A stretch of DNA of 63,166 nucleotides, counting the filler, from Octopus bimaculoides (Eukaryota): assembly GCF_001194135.2 (NCBI RefSeq). It is 6 parts of 5 records of this genome, joined end to end, with 100 filler letters (N's around TTAATTAATTAA, not from the genome) between each part and the next. Parts side by side here need not be neighbours in the genome. Positions count along the whole stretch, not along the records: positions 19,018 to 31,804 come from NC_068986.1; positions 31,905 to 39,220 come from NC_068992.1; 4 more parts are not named here. The stretch is one strand, 5' to 3'. The notes under the pieces were generated by a model. It made no database searches. It was not told where the DNA came from and saw only the letters and a list, made by a program, of their open reading frames with translations. A program made the translations under genes and the position numbers. Shown here piece after piece: positions 26,272 through 39,320 of the stretch; positions within the stretch are counted from its first letter, which is position 1, and the number at the start of each line of letters is the position of its first letter.

Positions 26272-26420
26272 GTAGCAGCAGCAGCAGCAGCGGAAAACAT
26301 CATCATCATCACCACGATCATCATCATCCTCGTCATCATCTTCTATACCACGGTCATCATCATTACAGTTATTGTCGGCATAAGCAGCTTGCAAAATAAC
26401 TCGCAACAACAACAACAACA
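25700..26420. repeat. Compound (CAT)n/(CTC)n/(CAG)n trinucleotide tract
   Basis: Visible directly; it gives spurious poly-D/E/A ORFs. Confidence 0.9.
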
Positions 26421-26736
26421 ACAACCAGTGCAACTACAACAACTACCCAATCACAATGACTCAATCAAGAAGTAATTTATCCTTCCCCCCTCCAGCACAC
26501 ACATCACGCCACATTCACCTCCCTCCCCGCCCAAACAACTAAACAATACATCACCAGACAGAAACACATGACAATGTCAGAAGTAACAAACTACTACAAC
26601 AAATGCAACAACAACAACAACGACATTGACCGTATCGACAGCAATAATAACTACGACGAATATAGCAACAACAAACATCCACTAAGCACTAAAATGATTT
26701 TTTGATATAAAATTTATGAATCAATTAAAAACAAAG

Positions 26737-26760
26737 GAAGAAGAAGAAGAAGAAGAAGAA

Positions 26761-26842
<82 letters not shown>

Positions 26843-26913
26843 GGGAAGAAGTAGAAGAAGAAGAAGAAGAATAAGAAGTGGAAGAGGAAGAAGAAGAAGA
26901 AGAAGAAGAAGAA

Positions 26914-26963
<50 letters not shown>

Positions 26964-27975
26964 GGAAGAGGAAGAAGAAGAAGAGGAAGAGGAAGAAGTA
27001 GAAGAAGAATAAGAATAAGAAGTGGAAGAGGAAGAAGAAGAAGAAGAAAAACTAACTGAGGGGAAACATTGTGAGAATCGAGATAGATAGCCATGTAATG
27101 AAGTTATGCTCTGGAAATCTGCGACTCATTTGGGTGAGGGAGGAAGGAGGGAGGTGAGGAAGAGGAGAAGGAGGAGAAGGAGGAGAAGGGAGAGGAAGAG
27201 GAGGAGAAGAGAGAGGAAGAAGAGAAAGGAGAGAAGAGGAAGGAGAAGGGGAGGAGAAGGGAGAGGAGGAAGAGAAGGGAGAGGAGGATGAGGAGGAGAA
27301 GGGAGAGAAGTGGAGGAGAAGGGAGAGGAGGAGAAGAAGGGAGAGGAGGAGAAGAAGGGAGANNNNNNNNNNNNNNNNNNNNNNNNNNNNNNNNNNNNNN
27401 NNNNNNNNNNNNNNNNNNNNNNNNNNNNNNNNNNNNNNNNNNNNNNNNNNNNNNNNNNNNNNNNNNNNNNNNNNNNNNNNNNNNNNNNNNNNNNNNNNNN
27501 NNNNNNNNNNNNNNNNNNNNNNNNNNNNNNNNNNNNNNNNNNNNNNNNNNNNNNNNNNNNNNNNNNNNNNNNNNNNNNNNNNNNNNNNNNNNNNNNNNNN
27601 NNNNNNNNNNNNNNNNNNNNNNNNNNNNNNNNNNNNNNNNNNNNNNNNNNNNNNNNNNNNNNNNNNNNNNNNNNNNNNNNNNNNNNNNNNNNNNNNNNNN
27701 NNNNNNNNNNNNNAGAAGGGAGAGTAATAGGAGAAGGGAGAGGAGGAGGAGAAGGGAGAGAAGTGGAGGAGAAGGGAGAGGAGGAGAAGAAGGGAGAGGA
27801 GGAGAAGAAGGGAGAGGAGGAGAAGAAGGGAGAACAGAAGGGAGAATAGAAGGGAGAGGAAGAGGAGGAGAATGAGGAGGGGGAGAAAAGGGAGAGAAGA
27901 AGAGAGTCGGGGAGGAGGAGAAGAGAGAGAAGAGGAGAGTCGAGGGAGGCGGAGAAGGGAGAGAAGGAGGAGGAG
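26737..27975. repeat. Polypurine (GAA)n and (GGAGA)-type tracts spanning a gap
   Basis: Visible directly; a ~21-bp GGGAGAGGAGGAGAAGAA-like unit lies on both sides of the 27363-27713 gap. Confidence 0.9.
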
Positions 27976-28009
27976 GTCTATTCAGAACTTTTATCCTCCT
28001 TTATCATTT

Positions 28010-28315
28010 AAACGCGTTCCAGGTCGTTAGTCTGAGGCCATGCTGGGGCACCGCCTTGAATTTCTTTTTAGTCGAATGAATCGACCTCAATGACATGTTT
28101 TTGTTTGTTTTACTTCTAAGCTTGGTACTTATTCTATCGTTCTCTTTCCCAGAACCGCTAGGTTACAGAGATATGGTGGGCGACAACACAGACACACACC
28201 TACGCACTCGACGGGCTTCTTTCAGCTTTCATCCACCCACAGGTTTTGGTTCGTCCGAACCAGCAACCATGTGGTTGAGAAGCAAGCTTCTTACCATACA
28301 GCCACCTCCTCCCAT
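28010..28315 (-). mobile_element. Degraded family A SINE
   Basis: GGCCATGCTGGGGCACCGCC...CGACGGGCTTCTTTCAG...ACCATGTGGTTG. Confidence 0.7.
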
Positions 28316-28444
28316 ACATACATATGTATGTACACATACACGTATACGTGTCTGTGGAATGCTCAGCCACTTACACGGTAATATCACGAGCAGGCTGTTC
28401 CGTTGATCAACTAAAATCCTCGTAGTCGTAACCGTACTACGGTA

Positions 28445-28650
28445 ATAATATTCTTTTCTACTCTAGGCACAGGGCCCGAAATTTTGGGGCAGGGGCCAGT
28501 CGATTAAATCGACTCCAGTACTCAACAGGTACTTAATTCATCGACCCCGAAAGGATGAAAGGAAAAATTGACCTCGGCGGAATTTGAACCCAGAACGTAA
28601 AGACTGACCAAATACCAATAAGCATTTCACCCGGTGTGCTAACGTTTTGA
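28445..28650 (-). mobile_element. Family B SINE
   Basis: GGTACTTAATTCATCGACCCCGAAAGGATGAAAGG...GGAATTTGAACCCAGAACG is the reverse complement of family B. Confidence 0.85.
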
Positions 28651-28799
28651 CTGCGACCCACTACACGGTAGTTTCTGATGAGGTGCTTTTATACCGAATT
28701 ATTAAGAAGTTCATTTCGAAATCATTACATCAGGGACTGGATCTCCTTGTGCATCATTTTCTCTAAGTGTATTCTATTACAGCTACTTGGTTATAAGTG

Positions 28800-28922
28800 G
28801 AGGCTTTGGTCGGCTTGAGACTATAGTAGAAGACACTTGCCCAAGGTGCTACGCAGTGGGAATGAACCCGGAACCATGCGGTTGGTAAGCAAGCTACTTA
28901 CCACACAGCCACTTCTGCGCCT
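28800..28922 (-). mobile_element. Family A SINE 5' half
   Basis: GGCTTTGGTCGG...CTTACCACACAGCCACTTCTGCGCC. Confidence 0.8.
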
Positions 28923-29788
28923 ATCTTTACTTTTCTTTCGTAAAAAATCCTTAAAATAACATACCAGTGATGTATTGGGGTCGATAGTAATAACTAACCC
29001 CCCATCCCATCAAAATTGCTGGCCTAGTGCTTAAATCAGAAATCTTTATTACAAAGACGCCCCCCAACGGTGTATGCTGTTAACAATGGAATTAATATAT
29101 AATGAAAGAATGCTTCCAATGCTAGCATCGTTGGATTGTGTACGTTCCCATGAGGACAACAAGCCGTACAGACACAGCATAAAGCCAGTTGATTACGTGA
29201 CTCACTTCTCAGAGAAGTGAAGCATTATAGAGAGGAAGAAAGACAAATCCACCGGAGTTTTGTTTCATTCATTTAACTCATTCGTAATGGATAAGGTCAC
29301 TGTCGAGCGAGAAGATGCAGCCAGTCGACATGGATCGACGACATCTCAGTGGTTTAAACGCGAAAGACATACGACAAAAGCATTCACGATAGATACTTAT
29401 TGGCTGGTTGATCACATGGTATTATATTTATTGGTTGATCTCCTATCATCGATAGGAGTAGCCAGGTTTGAATGTTATTTTTTTTTAACAGTTTCGCATG
29501 GGAGGATTTGAAAGCAGTGATGCAAATTAAAACCATACGGTCGTTAATTTTATTGCTCTCACAATAACGTCGCATGGTGCCTATTTACAAAAAGTGAACT
29601 GAGTTTGCGAGAGTTAGCTATACAGTTACAGAATAATTTTAGTGATGTCATACGACAGGAGGTTCTCTTGTCAGTGTATGCTGCATACTAACATCTCTGT
29701 AAACTTGAGAGAAACTCTAGGCGGTTGGGCGAAGAGCTAGAAACAGGCGCATACTCATACTAGCTCTCTGGCTGTATGCTTATTTGCT

Positions 29789-29864
<76 letters not shown>

Positions 29865-29879
29865 GCACACACACATACT

Positions 29880-30320
29880 ATTTTACTATTTTACTATTTT
29901 ACTTGTTTCAGTCTTTTGACTGTGGCCATGCTGGAGCACCGCCTTTAGTCGAGCAAATCGACCCCAGGACTTATTCTTTGGAAGCCTAGTACTTATTCTA
30001 TTNNNNNNNNNNNNNNNNNNNNNNNNNNNNNNNNNNNNNNNNNNNNNNNNNNNNGTCTCTTTTGCCGAACCGCTAGGTTAGGGGTACATAAACACACCAG
30101 CATCGGTTGCCAAGCGATGTTGGGGGGACAAACACAGACATATATATATATACATATATACGACGGGCTTCTTTCAGTTTCCATCTACCAAATCCACTCA
30201 CAAGGCTTTGGTCGGCCCGAGGCTATAGTAGAAGACACTTGCCCAAGATGCCACGCAGTGGGACTGAACCCCGTACCATGTGGTTGGTAAGCAAGCTACT
30301 TACCACACAGCCACTCCTAC
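29880..30320 (-). mobile_element. Family A SINE (spans a small gap)
   Basis: Near-consensus reverse complement of 2034-2440. Confidence 0.9.
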
Positions 30321-30459
30321 GTCTATATACAAATATGTGATGACGATAGCTACGATGCTTTTCTTTATAGATCTATCAATTCAACCCAGAACAAGAGCTA
30401 AACAGCAACAGACTCACAAAAACAATGGCAAGAACAGCGGCGACAATGTCAATGTCATC

Positions 30460-30707
30460 TCTTGTAGTTATTGTCGTCGTCGTCGTCGTCGTCATCATTA
30501 TCATCATCATCATCACTATGATAACCATCATGATCATCAAGATCAACACGATCATCATAATCATCATTATCACCGTCATCACCACCACGGCCATCAGCGT
30601 CGCCGTTGTCGTCGTCGGTATTATTATCATCGTCGTCATCGTCGTCATCGTCGTCGTCATCGTCATCGTCGTCATCGTCGTCGTCATCGTCGTCATCATC
30701 AACGACG

Positions 30708-30749
<42 letters not shown>

Positions 30750-30880
30750 CCACCACCCCCACCACCATCATCATCATCACCATCATCGTCATCGTCATCG
30801 TCATCATCATCATCGACAACAGCCGCAACAACAACAGCAAGGATAACAGCATCATCATCATCATCATCAGCAGCAGCATT
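30460..30880. repeat. Degenerate (CAT/CGT/CAC)n tract
   Basis: Visible directly in the sequence. Confidence 0.9.
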
Positions 30881-31741
30881 CTCTCATATTAAATTCCTAA
30901 CTAATAGCTCCAGGTAGGTTATGGATGAACGGACAATTTGTCCAAAGATTCAGTTATAGAGTGGTATTGCATCATTCATTCCATTGCCAGGTAACACAAC
31001 GCAAGCTGAGTGAATTCACGAAGCAGCCCTTACCTGGTAAATTTACTTCCTAGAAATAGCAGTCAAATCTGAAACAAATCTTACGTTGCTGTCATGAAAA
31101 GATGGAGTAGACATTTGATAATGTAGTACTATCTAAACTCTGTCTGATAGAAAGATGGAAAGGTCACGGCTAGATTGGCTTTGATGATACGATTTCGAAA
31201 TCAAAGCTGATTTGAGACTACTCAAATCGGTTCTGATTGAAAAAGTCGTATGACTATATACAATCTGGTGGTGACCTTTCTAGCTTTTTATCAGACAGTG
31301 TTTAGATAAGACAACAGTAATAACACTGGCGATTACTACGACGGCGGTAAGAGCAACAACAACAAAAACAACAACAACAGCAGCAGCAGCAGCAGCAGCA
31401 GCAAAGACAACAATAACAAAAATAACCAGAACAATGACAGAAACAACAACAACAACAACAACAACACGTGAAGAGAACAAGCTAATGACGAACATAATGC
31501 AATTATCGATCAATGAATTCAATACAATGATATCCAATAATGTTGTATCTAATAATATTCGATTTCATATCCACTAACAAGGATCCAAGATTAAGTTATA
31601 TATGCATATATATATATATGTATATTTATACATACAAGTATATATATGCATATATATATATATATATATATATATACGTATATATACATATATATATGCA
31701 TAGACATTATATATGTACATGTATGGATATATCTATATATA

Positions 31742-31804
<63 letters not shown>

Positions 31805-32309
31805 NNNNNNNNNNNNNNNNNNNNNNNNNNNNNNNNNNNNNNNNNNNNTTAATTAATTAANNNNNNNNNNNNNNNNNNNNNNNNNNNNNNNNNNNNNNNN
31901 NNNNCATTGGAGACGGTAATAGTAGAAGTTAAGGATTATTAAATCTGTATGAGGAGATTTGCAGTAAGAAATGAGAGCGATGCGGAGAAGAAAAAACAAA
32001 GAAGAAAAAGTACTTGGAGTATAGTTCCATTCCAAAAGTAAATATCCATGTATAGAATCCTTGTGGGTATTTTCCAGTGATAATTATAGTTATATTGGTA
32101 GATATACATCATTTCATATCCAGTTTACTCTGTGCGTTGTTTACTTAAAAGACAGCCTGAAGTGAGTGGAAGATGTGTGTGGGATTGTGAGCTCCTCCTT
32201 CCTTCCTGTCTTATGGTTTGATCCTGTGACAGATCAGCATCCCATCCAAGTGGGGAATATACACGTCATGGAAACCAGGAAACCAGCTCTTAAAAAGGTA
32301 ACGTTTTTA

Positions 32310-32450
32310 CAAGTGCTCAGCTGGTACTTATTTTATCAACCTCAAAAGGATGAAAGGCAAAGTGGACCCCAGTGGAATTTGAACTCAGAACATAAAGATA
32401 GACGAAATGCTACTAAGCATTTTGTCCAGCGTGCTAGTGATTCTGCATCT
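32310..32450 (-). mobile_element. Family B SINE (diverged)
   Basis: GCTGGTACTTATTTTATCAACCTCAAAAGGATGAAAGGC...GGAATTTGAACTCAGAAC. Confidence 0.75.
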
Positions 32451-32804
32451 AAGAAGATGACAGATGGCAGAATTAGAAGAGTGTTGGAAACATAAATTGG
32501 TAATATTTAGTTACATTTGTTTAGATTCTCAGTTCAAATCATCTCTCTGTGGCTGTGTTTGTTTATTATCCTTCTAAGATTAATTAAAAAAAGGGAAAGA
32601 CCAGTCAAGTACTGAGATCAATGAAATTAACCAATTTGTAATTGATTTGCCCCTCCCTTGAAATTGCTGGCCTTGTACCAAAATTTGAAACCAATTAAAT
32701 GAGCCAGTCCTTTCCTCCATATTTTTACAGCCTTGAACTAAGGCTAAAATATTTCAGCTTGTGGCTTATGATTGGCAGTAGGAACAGTAGATCATTAAAT
32801 ACTC

Positions 32805-33160
32805 TTACACTCTCTTTACTCTTTTACTTGTTTCAGTCATTTGACTGTGGCCATGCTGGAGCACCGCCTTTTAGTCGAACTAATCGACCCCAGGACTTAT
32901 TCTTTGGAAGCCTAGTACTTATTCTATCGGTCTCTTTAGCCGATGTTGGGGGGACAAACAGAGACACGCAAACACACACATACATATATATATACATATA
33001 TACGACAGGCTTTCTTTCAGTTTCCGTCTACCAAATCCACTCACAAGGCTTTGGTTGGCCCGAGGCTATAGTAGAAGACACTTGCCCAAGGTGCCACGCA
33101 GTGGGACTGAACCCGGAACCATGTGGTTGGTAAGCGAGCTACTTACCACACAGCCACTCC
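32805..33160 (-). mobile_element. Family A SINE
   Basis: Reverse complement of family A with a short internal deletion. Confidence 0.9.
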
Positions 33161-34544
33161 TACACCTACATTAATTTATTTATTTAAATTCATGTCATTG
33201 GTTCATTTGAATTATTCCCATTACTTCATTTTATTATATTTCCAAGTACGAACATATCCAAATCTATATAGAGGCCATTCTATACTTGAGAAGAAATCCA
33301 TTTATTTACTGCTTACTTCCAGATATTTCCACCAGGTTTCATAATCTTAACATATCTCAAAAGTATTCTTGATAGCCTTTTGCCTTCAGAATTGGATTCT
33401 TGCCAGAATGGAATTACCTCCCTATGGACTGTTCCACATTTTCATCAGAAATGAAAAATAATAATAAAAAAAAAGAACAACAAAATTTGCACTAACAGAC
33501 AGAAGTTGATTATGTGATACTATGTAATATGTACACCTGAAAATTTCCAGTGTTTGATTTGTACTTAATAGTAGTTGCGATAGCAATACCATTATGTTTT
33601 TCTGGACAATTAATCATATAATTAGAGGCTACAATTACAGTGTGCATGCGTCTGTGTGAATGTACACACACACAGACACACACACAGACACACACACACA
33701 CACATGAAAGTCTACGAGGCTTACTTAATACAGTTTTTGAAGTGTAAAGGTGATTTAANNNNNNNNNNNNNNNNNNNNNNNNNNNNNNNNNNNNNNNNNN
33801 NNNNNNNNNNNNNNNNNNNNNNNNNNNNNNNNNNNNNNNNNNNNNNNNNNNNNNNNNNNNNNNNNNNNNNNNNNNNNNNNNNNNNNNNNNNNNNNNNNNN
33901 NNNNNNNNNNNNNNNNNNNNNNNNNNNNNNNNNNNNNNNNNNNNNNNNNNNNNNNNNNNNNNNNNNNNNNNNNNNNNNNNNNNNNNNNNNNNNNNNNNNN
34001 NNNNNNNNNNNNNNNNNNNNNNNNNNNNNNNNNNNNNNNNNNNNNNNNNNNNNNNNNNNNNNNNNNNNNNNNNNNNNNNNNNNNNNNNNNNNNNNNNNNN
34101 NNNNNNNNNNNNNNNNNNNNNNNNNNNNNNNNNNNNNNNNNNNNNNNNNNNNNNNNNNNNNNNNNNNNNNNNNNNNNNNNNNNNNNNNNNNNNNNNNNNN
34201 NNNNNNNNNNNNNNNNNNNNNNNNNNNNNNNNNNNNNNNNNNNNNNNNNNNNNNNNNNNNNNNNNNNNNNNNNNNNNNNNNNNNNNNNNNNNNNNNNNNN
34301 NNNNNNNNNNNNNNNNNNNNNNNNNNNNNNNNNNNNNNNNNNNNNNNNNNNNNNNNNNNNNNNNNNNNNNNNNNNNNNNNNNNNNNNNNNNNNNNNNNNN
34401 NNNNNNNNNNNNNNNNNNNNNNNNNNNNNNNNNNNNNNNNNNNNNNNNNNNNNNNNNNNNNNNNCTGGACCATATATGTGATGTTGTTCATTTCCAATCT
34501 TCAGTGAAGACATACCGAGCTATGAGGGAAAATATTATCTCACT

Positions 34545-34649
34545 TGGGTTGATGACAGGAAAGGCATCCTGACATAGAAAACCTGCCTCGATTGATTCCA
34601 TCTGCCACATGAAAGCATGTAAAAGTGGACATTTAAAATGATGAGGATA

Positions 34650-34690
<41 letters not shown>

Positions 34691-35071
34691 GATAGTTATG
34701 ATGATGATGATGATGGTGATGATGGTGATGATGATGAGGATGATGATGAGAATGATGATGATGATGATGATGATGGTGATGGTGTTGATGATGAGGAGGA
34801 TGAGGATGAGAATGATGATAATGATGATGATGATGATGATGATGATGATAATGATGATGAGGAAGATGATGAAGATGATGAGAATGATAACGATGATGAT
34901 GAAGTTGATGACGATCATGATTAGGATGATGAGGATGAGGATGATGTTGNNNNNNNNNNGAAGATGATGAGAATGATAACGATGATGATGAAGTTGATGA
35001 CGATCATGATTAGGATGATGAGGATGAGGATGATGTTGATGAGGATGATCGGATGATGATGATGATGATTA

Positions 35072-35103
<32 letters not shown>

Positions 35104-35240
35104 AAAGATGATGGTGATGAGGATGATGATGATGATAATAGTGGGTGGTGGTGGTGGTAGTTGGCTGTGGCAATGGAGGTAGTGGTGGTGGTAGCGATAA
35201 TAATGATGATGATGATGATGATGATGGTGATGATGATGTT
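34545..35240 (+). repeat. RTE-type tail fragment followed by a long degenerate (GAT)n tract
   Basis: GGAAAGGCATCC...AGCATGTAAAAGTGGACATTTAAAATGATG resembles the family D tail, then ~600 bp of (GAT)n. Confidence 0.6.
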
Positions 35241-35671
35241 GATTTGTGAATTCAGCAGTATTTAATTTCAATTGAAATTTTCTTTATTCATGCTTTAGAA
35301 CAGCAATAGGTATTTCTTAACAATTAAAGTAAGTTTCTGATATTTTAGGCGGTGATATAATTTGTAGTAATTCCATTCTAATTCTCCATTACAACTCAGC
35401 ATGCACCCTGATGAAAAAGAATCTAAAACTACCATTAATATTACATATCATTTTCCAACTTCAACTACAAGTTAATAAACCAGGATCTTGGTGAGTTCAT
35501 TAGAGACAGTACTTCCAGAAGTCTCTTATAAAGCATTCATTTAACTCAAACGATGAACTTGGCAAATTTCCTTTCCAATGTAAGCTAAAATTTTGTCTTT
35601 AATATGATATTAAAAATCTGTATTACATCAAAAGGTGCTCCAGAATCAATGATTAACATTAGCAGAACACT

Positions 35672-35806
35672 CTGGGTTCTCATTGCTAAGGTATTTTTCG
35701 ATATTTTATTATTATTATTATTATTATCATTCAGGTCACTGCCTGGAATCGAACTTGGAATCTTGGGGTTAGTAGCCTGTGCTCTTAACCATTACGCCAT
35801 ATGCCC
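35672..35806 (-). mobile_element. Family E element, 3'-truncated just before the hammerhead module
   Basis: Minus strand: GGGCATATGGCGTAATGG (A box)...AAGTTCGATTCC (B box) AGGCAGTGACCTGAATG(ATA)n...ATCGAAAAATACCTTAGCAATGAGAACCCAG. Confidence 0.8.
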
Positions 35807-36067
35807 GTCATCGCCATGACGGTCACCAACATCACTACAGCCACCACCACGGCCACTAGCAACCCCACCCCCATTCCCTACCCCCATCACGACATGTTCG
35901 AGAGAGAGAAAAAGAATATAAGGAATAACAAAAAATAACATGGATTTAGTTCCCGATCAATATTATTGCGCTCCAGTTGCAACACTGATTCTGCCCAAAT
36001 TTGACGTCATGTTACTTAGTTTGGTTTGAAATAAAGAACTTGATTAGCTTAATAATCCTAACTTAAT

Positions 36068-36095
36068 CCCGGGCAAAGCCGGACTATACTGCTAG
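36068..36095 (+). mobile_element. Helitron-like 3' terminus
   Basis: GC hairpin CCGG-GCAAAG-CCGG (36069-36082), CTAG 9 nt downstream (36092-36095), then T. The 5' end was not identified. Confidence 0.55.
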
Positions 36096-36115
36096 TATAT
36101 ATATANNNNNNNNNN

Positions 36116-36159
<44 letters not shown>

Positions 36160-36649
36160 GTGTGCGTGTGTGTAAAATGAAGAGAAAGCGAATACAAGAG
36201 ACAGAGAAACAAAGGTGAGGGGATTGCCAAAGCAATGTCAGATATGTTGGCTTGTTGCCATTTCCGTGCAACTATTTCATTATTTCATTAGTGAAGAATG
36301 ATTCGAAACAACTTCTGAATTCGCTAGATCTGATAATTCTTCGTTCTCATCTTTTATATTCTTGAGTGGGAGCAGAGAACTGTTGCTGATGTTGTTATAG
36401 ATGGTGGCGGTGGTAATTTAGTAGATATGCTGTGGGTGTGGCTGGAAGTATTAGACAGATCGTAGATTAGAAGAACGACGAGGTAATCGATAGAGTTGTG
36501 GGTGAGGCCAGCAAATTAAGAATATAAAACAAGAATTTTTAACGAAGGCATTAAGAGTAATGATTCTTAATTCTTTCACTTTTCAAGGTCCCTTTATATT
36601 TAAGTGAATATATCATCGATCTCCTGGCACATGAAGGGTCTGTCTACTC

Positions 36650-36720
36650 CATGGGTGTCAAAGCCGTTTGACTTTGCGGGGCCGGATTGAAGCATAAACT
36701 ACATCTAGTGGGCCGAAGAG
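36650..36720 (+). mobile_element. hAT-like terminal fragment
   Basis: CATGGGTGTCAAA...GCGGGCCGGAT resembles hAT/Charlie termini. Confidence 0.4.
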
Positions 36721-36805
36721 AAACAATTACTCTTAAAATTTCATTCATAATGTAAAATAAAGTAAATATATAGAAGAGTTAATATATTCTATAAAATCTT
36801 TATAA

Positions 36806-37230
36806 GGCACAGGAGTGGCTGTGTGGTAAGTAGCTTGCTTACCAACCACATGGTTCCGGGTTCATTCCCACTGCGTGGCACCTTGGGCAAGTGTCTTCTA
36901 CTATAGCTTCGGGTCGACCAAAGCCTTGTGAGTGGATTTGGTAGACGGAAACTGAAAGAATCCCGTCGTATATATGTATATGTATATGTATATATATGTA
37001 TGTGTGTGTTTATATTTGTGTGTCTGTGTTTGTCCCCCCAGCATCACTTGACAACCGATGGTGGTGTGTTTACGTCCCCGTAACTTTGCGGTTCGCAAAA
37101 GAGAAGTTAGAATTAGTACTAGGCTTCCAAAGAATAAGTCCTGGGATCGATTTGTGCGACTAAAGGCGGTGCACCAGCATGGCCGCAGTCAAATGACTGA
37201 AACAAGTAAAAGAGTAAAAAAAGTAAAAGA
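36806..37230 (+). mobile_element. Family A SINE, full length
   Basis: GGCACAGGAGTGGCTGTGTGG...GACTGAAACAAGTAAAAGAGTAAAA. Confidence 0.9.
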
Positions 37231-37499
37231 GTAAAATAATGAAAGGGAGAGATGTAAGTTTGTGTGCTGGGATGTGGAGGGAAAAATTCATCCGGATGGT
37301 ATACGTACAGTCCTGTGTGTATACCATCCATGCTCGGAGGGGCTGTAGTAGATTAAATTGACCCTAAAAGGGATGAAAGACAATGTCAATCAACGGCGAA
37401 ATTTAGACTCAGAACATAAAGGGTCCTACATAAAAATCACAAAGTAGTTTGTCTGGTCCTCTACCGTTTCTGCCATCCCCCATTGCCCCAATGATCATC

Positions 37500-37720
37500 A
37501 TACTACTAAAACAGTTGTTTCTCATATGGGTACAGGGCCGGAAATTTGGAGAGGGAATAGTTGATTACCCCAGTAGTTGACTGGTACTTATTTCATCGAC
37601 TCTGAAAGGATGAAAGGCAAAGCCGACCTCTGCAGAATTTGAACTCAGAACATAAAAATGGACAAAATGCCGTTAAACATTTTGTGCAATGTGCTAGCGA
37701 TTCTGCCAGCTCGCCGCCTT
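37500..37720 (-). mobile_element. Family B SINE
   Basis: GGTACTTATTTCATCGACTCTGAAAGGATGAAAGGC...CTGCCAGCTCGCCGCCTT. Confidence 0.85.
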
Positions 37721-37724
37721 AATG

Positions 37725-38330
37725 GAACTTCTTTTGATAGCAGTACTTATCTCTTCTAAGGAAAGATCTTCCGCAATTATAAACCTCTGAAGGATTTCAT
37801 TGATAGCTTCAGGGTCGATGGTGGATTCTCGATTTAAAGCGTTCAACTCATTTTTTCAGAATTCCATCTTCGCTACTTAAGAGCTCTGACCCGTTGTTAG
37901 AAAGAATAGGTTCGGTACCACCTTTTATTCACAAAATATACTTTTCAAATTCAATATAACCTGGCCTGGTGTCAGAACCGTGTCTGGCAGACGTCATCTT
38001 TTTTTTTTTTTTTGAACAGTAATTTCGTAAACCCTCATGTCATCAGAGCTTTCTGCATACAGATTCCATTTTACCTTTTAACTTAATTCATTCATTTTAA
38101 CAAGGTGTTGTTGCTTTAACTTTGTCACAGAACAAGCATAAGTATGACGTTTAAATATTTTTATAGGTTTGTGTACTAGAATTGCTATTCCTTATATGAA
38201 GAGAACTCGCTCATAACCAGTAAAGAGTGCTGTAGAGTTACTTTGTAAAACAATTCTCAGAAGAAGCGATATATTCCTCTGAGAGTGAAATGACGAAACA
38301 AACTGATCAAGAATTTCAGAATTTACCAGC
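37725..38330 (-). mobile_element. Decayed RTE-clade LINE ORF2 fragment (EN-RT linker region)
   Basis: Frameshifted translation gives LYAESSDDMRVYE, EPILSNNGSELLSSEDGILKK*VERF and NRESTIDPEAINEILQ...LSLEEISTAIK. These match RTE motifs AD..DMR.FY, IL.RW.EHF..LLN and P...E...AI. Confidence 0.6.
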
Positions 38331-38538
38331 ATCGTGGGCGACTGCTTTGTCATTCGGGGGAGAGAGAAAGAGAAAGAGAAAGAAAGAAAGAAAGAAAGAG
38401 AGAGACAGAGAAAAAAAATAAATTGTTGGTATTTATTGTAAAGTGATGTTTGCTAGAAATATGCTTTGAAGTCGAAGCAGCTCTAATTTCTTATATCTTT
38501 CCCGCCAACATTTGTCTTTGTTTTCTAATAGTGTAGTC

Positions 38539-38600
38539 CAGTGGTGTCAAACATACAGGCCGTGAGCAGGATGGGTAAGATCCGGCTCGCGTCAATGTTT
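38539..38600 (+). mobile_element. hAT-like 5' terminal fragment
   Basis: CAGTGGTGTCAAACATACAGGCC...GATCCGGCTCGC. Confidence 0.5.
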
Positions 38601-39320
38601 AACTCGGCTCTCGGTTGTATAGTTATTTTTAAATTTCAAGATAATCTATAAAATATATCAAAAGCATGCGTTCAGTATCGGAAGAAACTAGAGCAGTGAT
38701 TAGCAATGATTCTGGTTAGTGAAATCAGTTTAACTTACCGAATTTTTTTCATATCTCAACCAATGAGAAAGAAGCTTATGAATCCATCACCACCACCAAC
38801 AACAACAACCACCAACAACAACAACCACCAACAACAACAACCACCAGAGTCATTGGACAGAATGCTTCGCAGTATTTGTTCCTCTCATTTCGAGGTCAGC
38901 TTTGTCATCCTTTAGAGGTGAATAAAAATGAAGTCTCAATCTAAGACAATAGATTGGTGGAAGTGTAAGAACGTTGGACTGGATGCCTTGCGGTGTTTGT
39001 TCTAGTTCTTGGTGTTTTGAGTTCAAACCATTCCATGACTTCTTTGGATTGTAGACTTAACCCGTAACCCGGCTTAACATCATAACCTGGCATTGCGAAT
39101 GCCCTTAGCAAAATCCACTTTGTTGCTGGCATTCTGGCCAGGTTTCCGGTTTGAGGATATCTTCCCCACGCCTTCTTCTAGTCTTAGAGGTTCTGCAATG
39201 AACAATGAGAACTGTTTTGTNNNNNNNNNNNNNNNNNNNNNNNNNNNNNNNNNNNNNNNNNNNNTTAATTAATTAANNNNNNNNNNNNNNNNNNNNNNNN
39301 NNNNNNNNNNNNNNNNNNNN

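Noticed and set aside
25683-26339. 218-aa poly-Ala/Asp/Glu ORF
   Set aside because: It is a translation of compound trinucleotide microsatellites; other frames are equally open.
30280-30892. His/Arg-rich 188-aa ORF
   Set aside because: It starts inside a SINE and runs through (CAT/CGT)n; all frames are open for the same reason.
35730-35806. Functional tRNA genes (here and at other SINE heads)
   Set aside because: A and B boxes are present but the cloverleaf is incomplete and each continues into a SINE body.
38015-38050. Minus-strand CTGATGA...CGAAA hammerhead-like spacing
   Set aside because: No stem II, and it lies in RTE coding remnant (SDDMRVYEI); coincidental.
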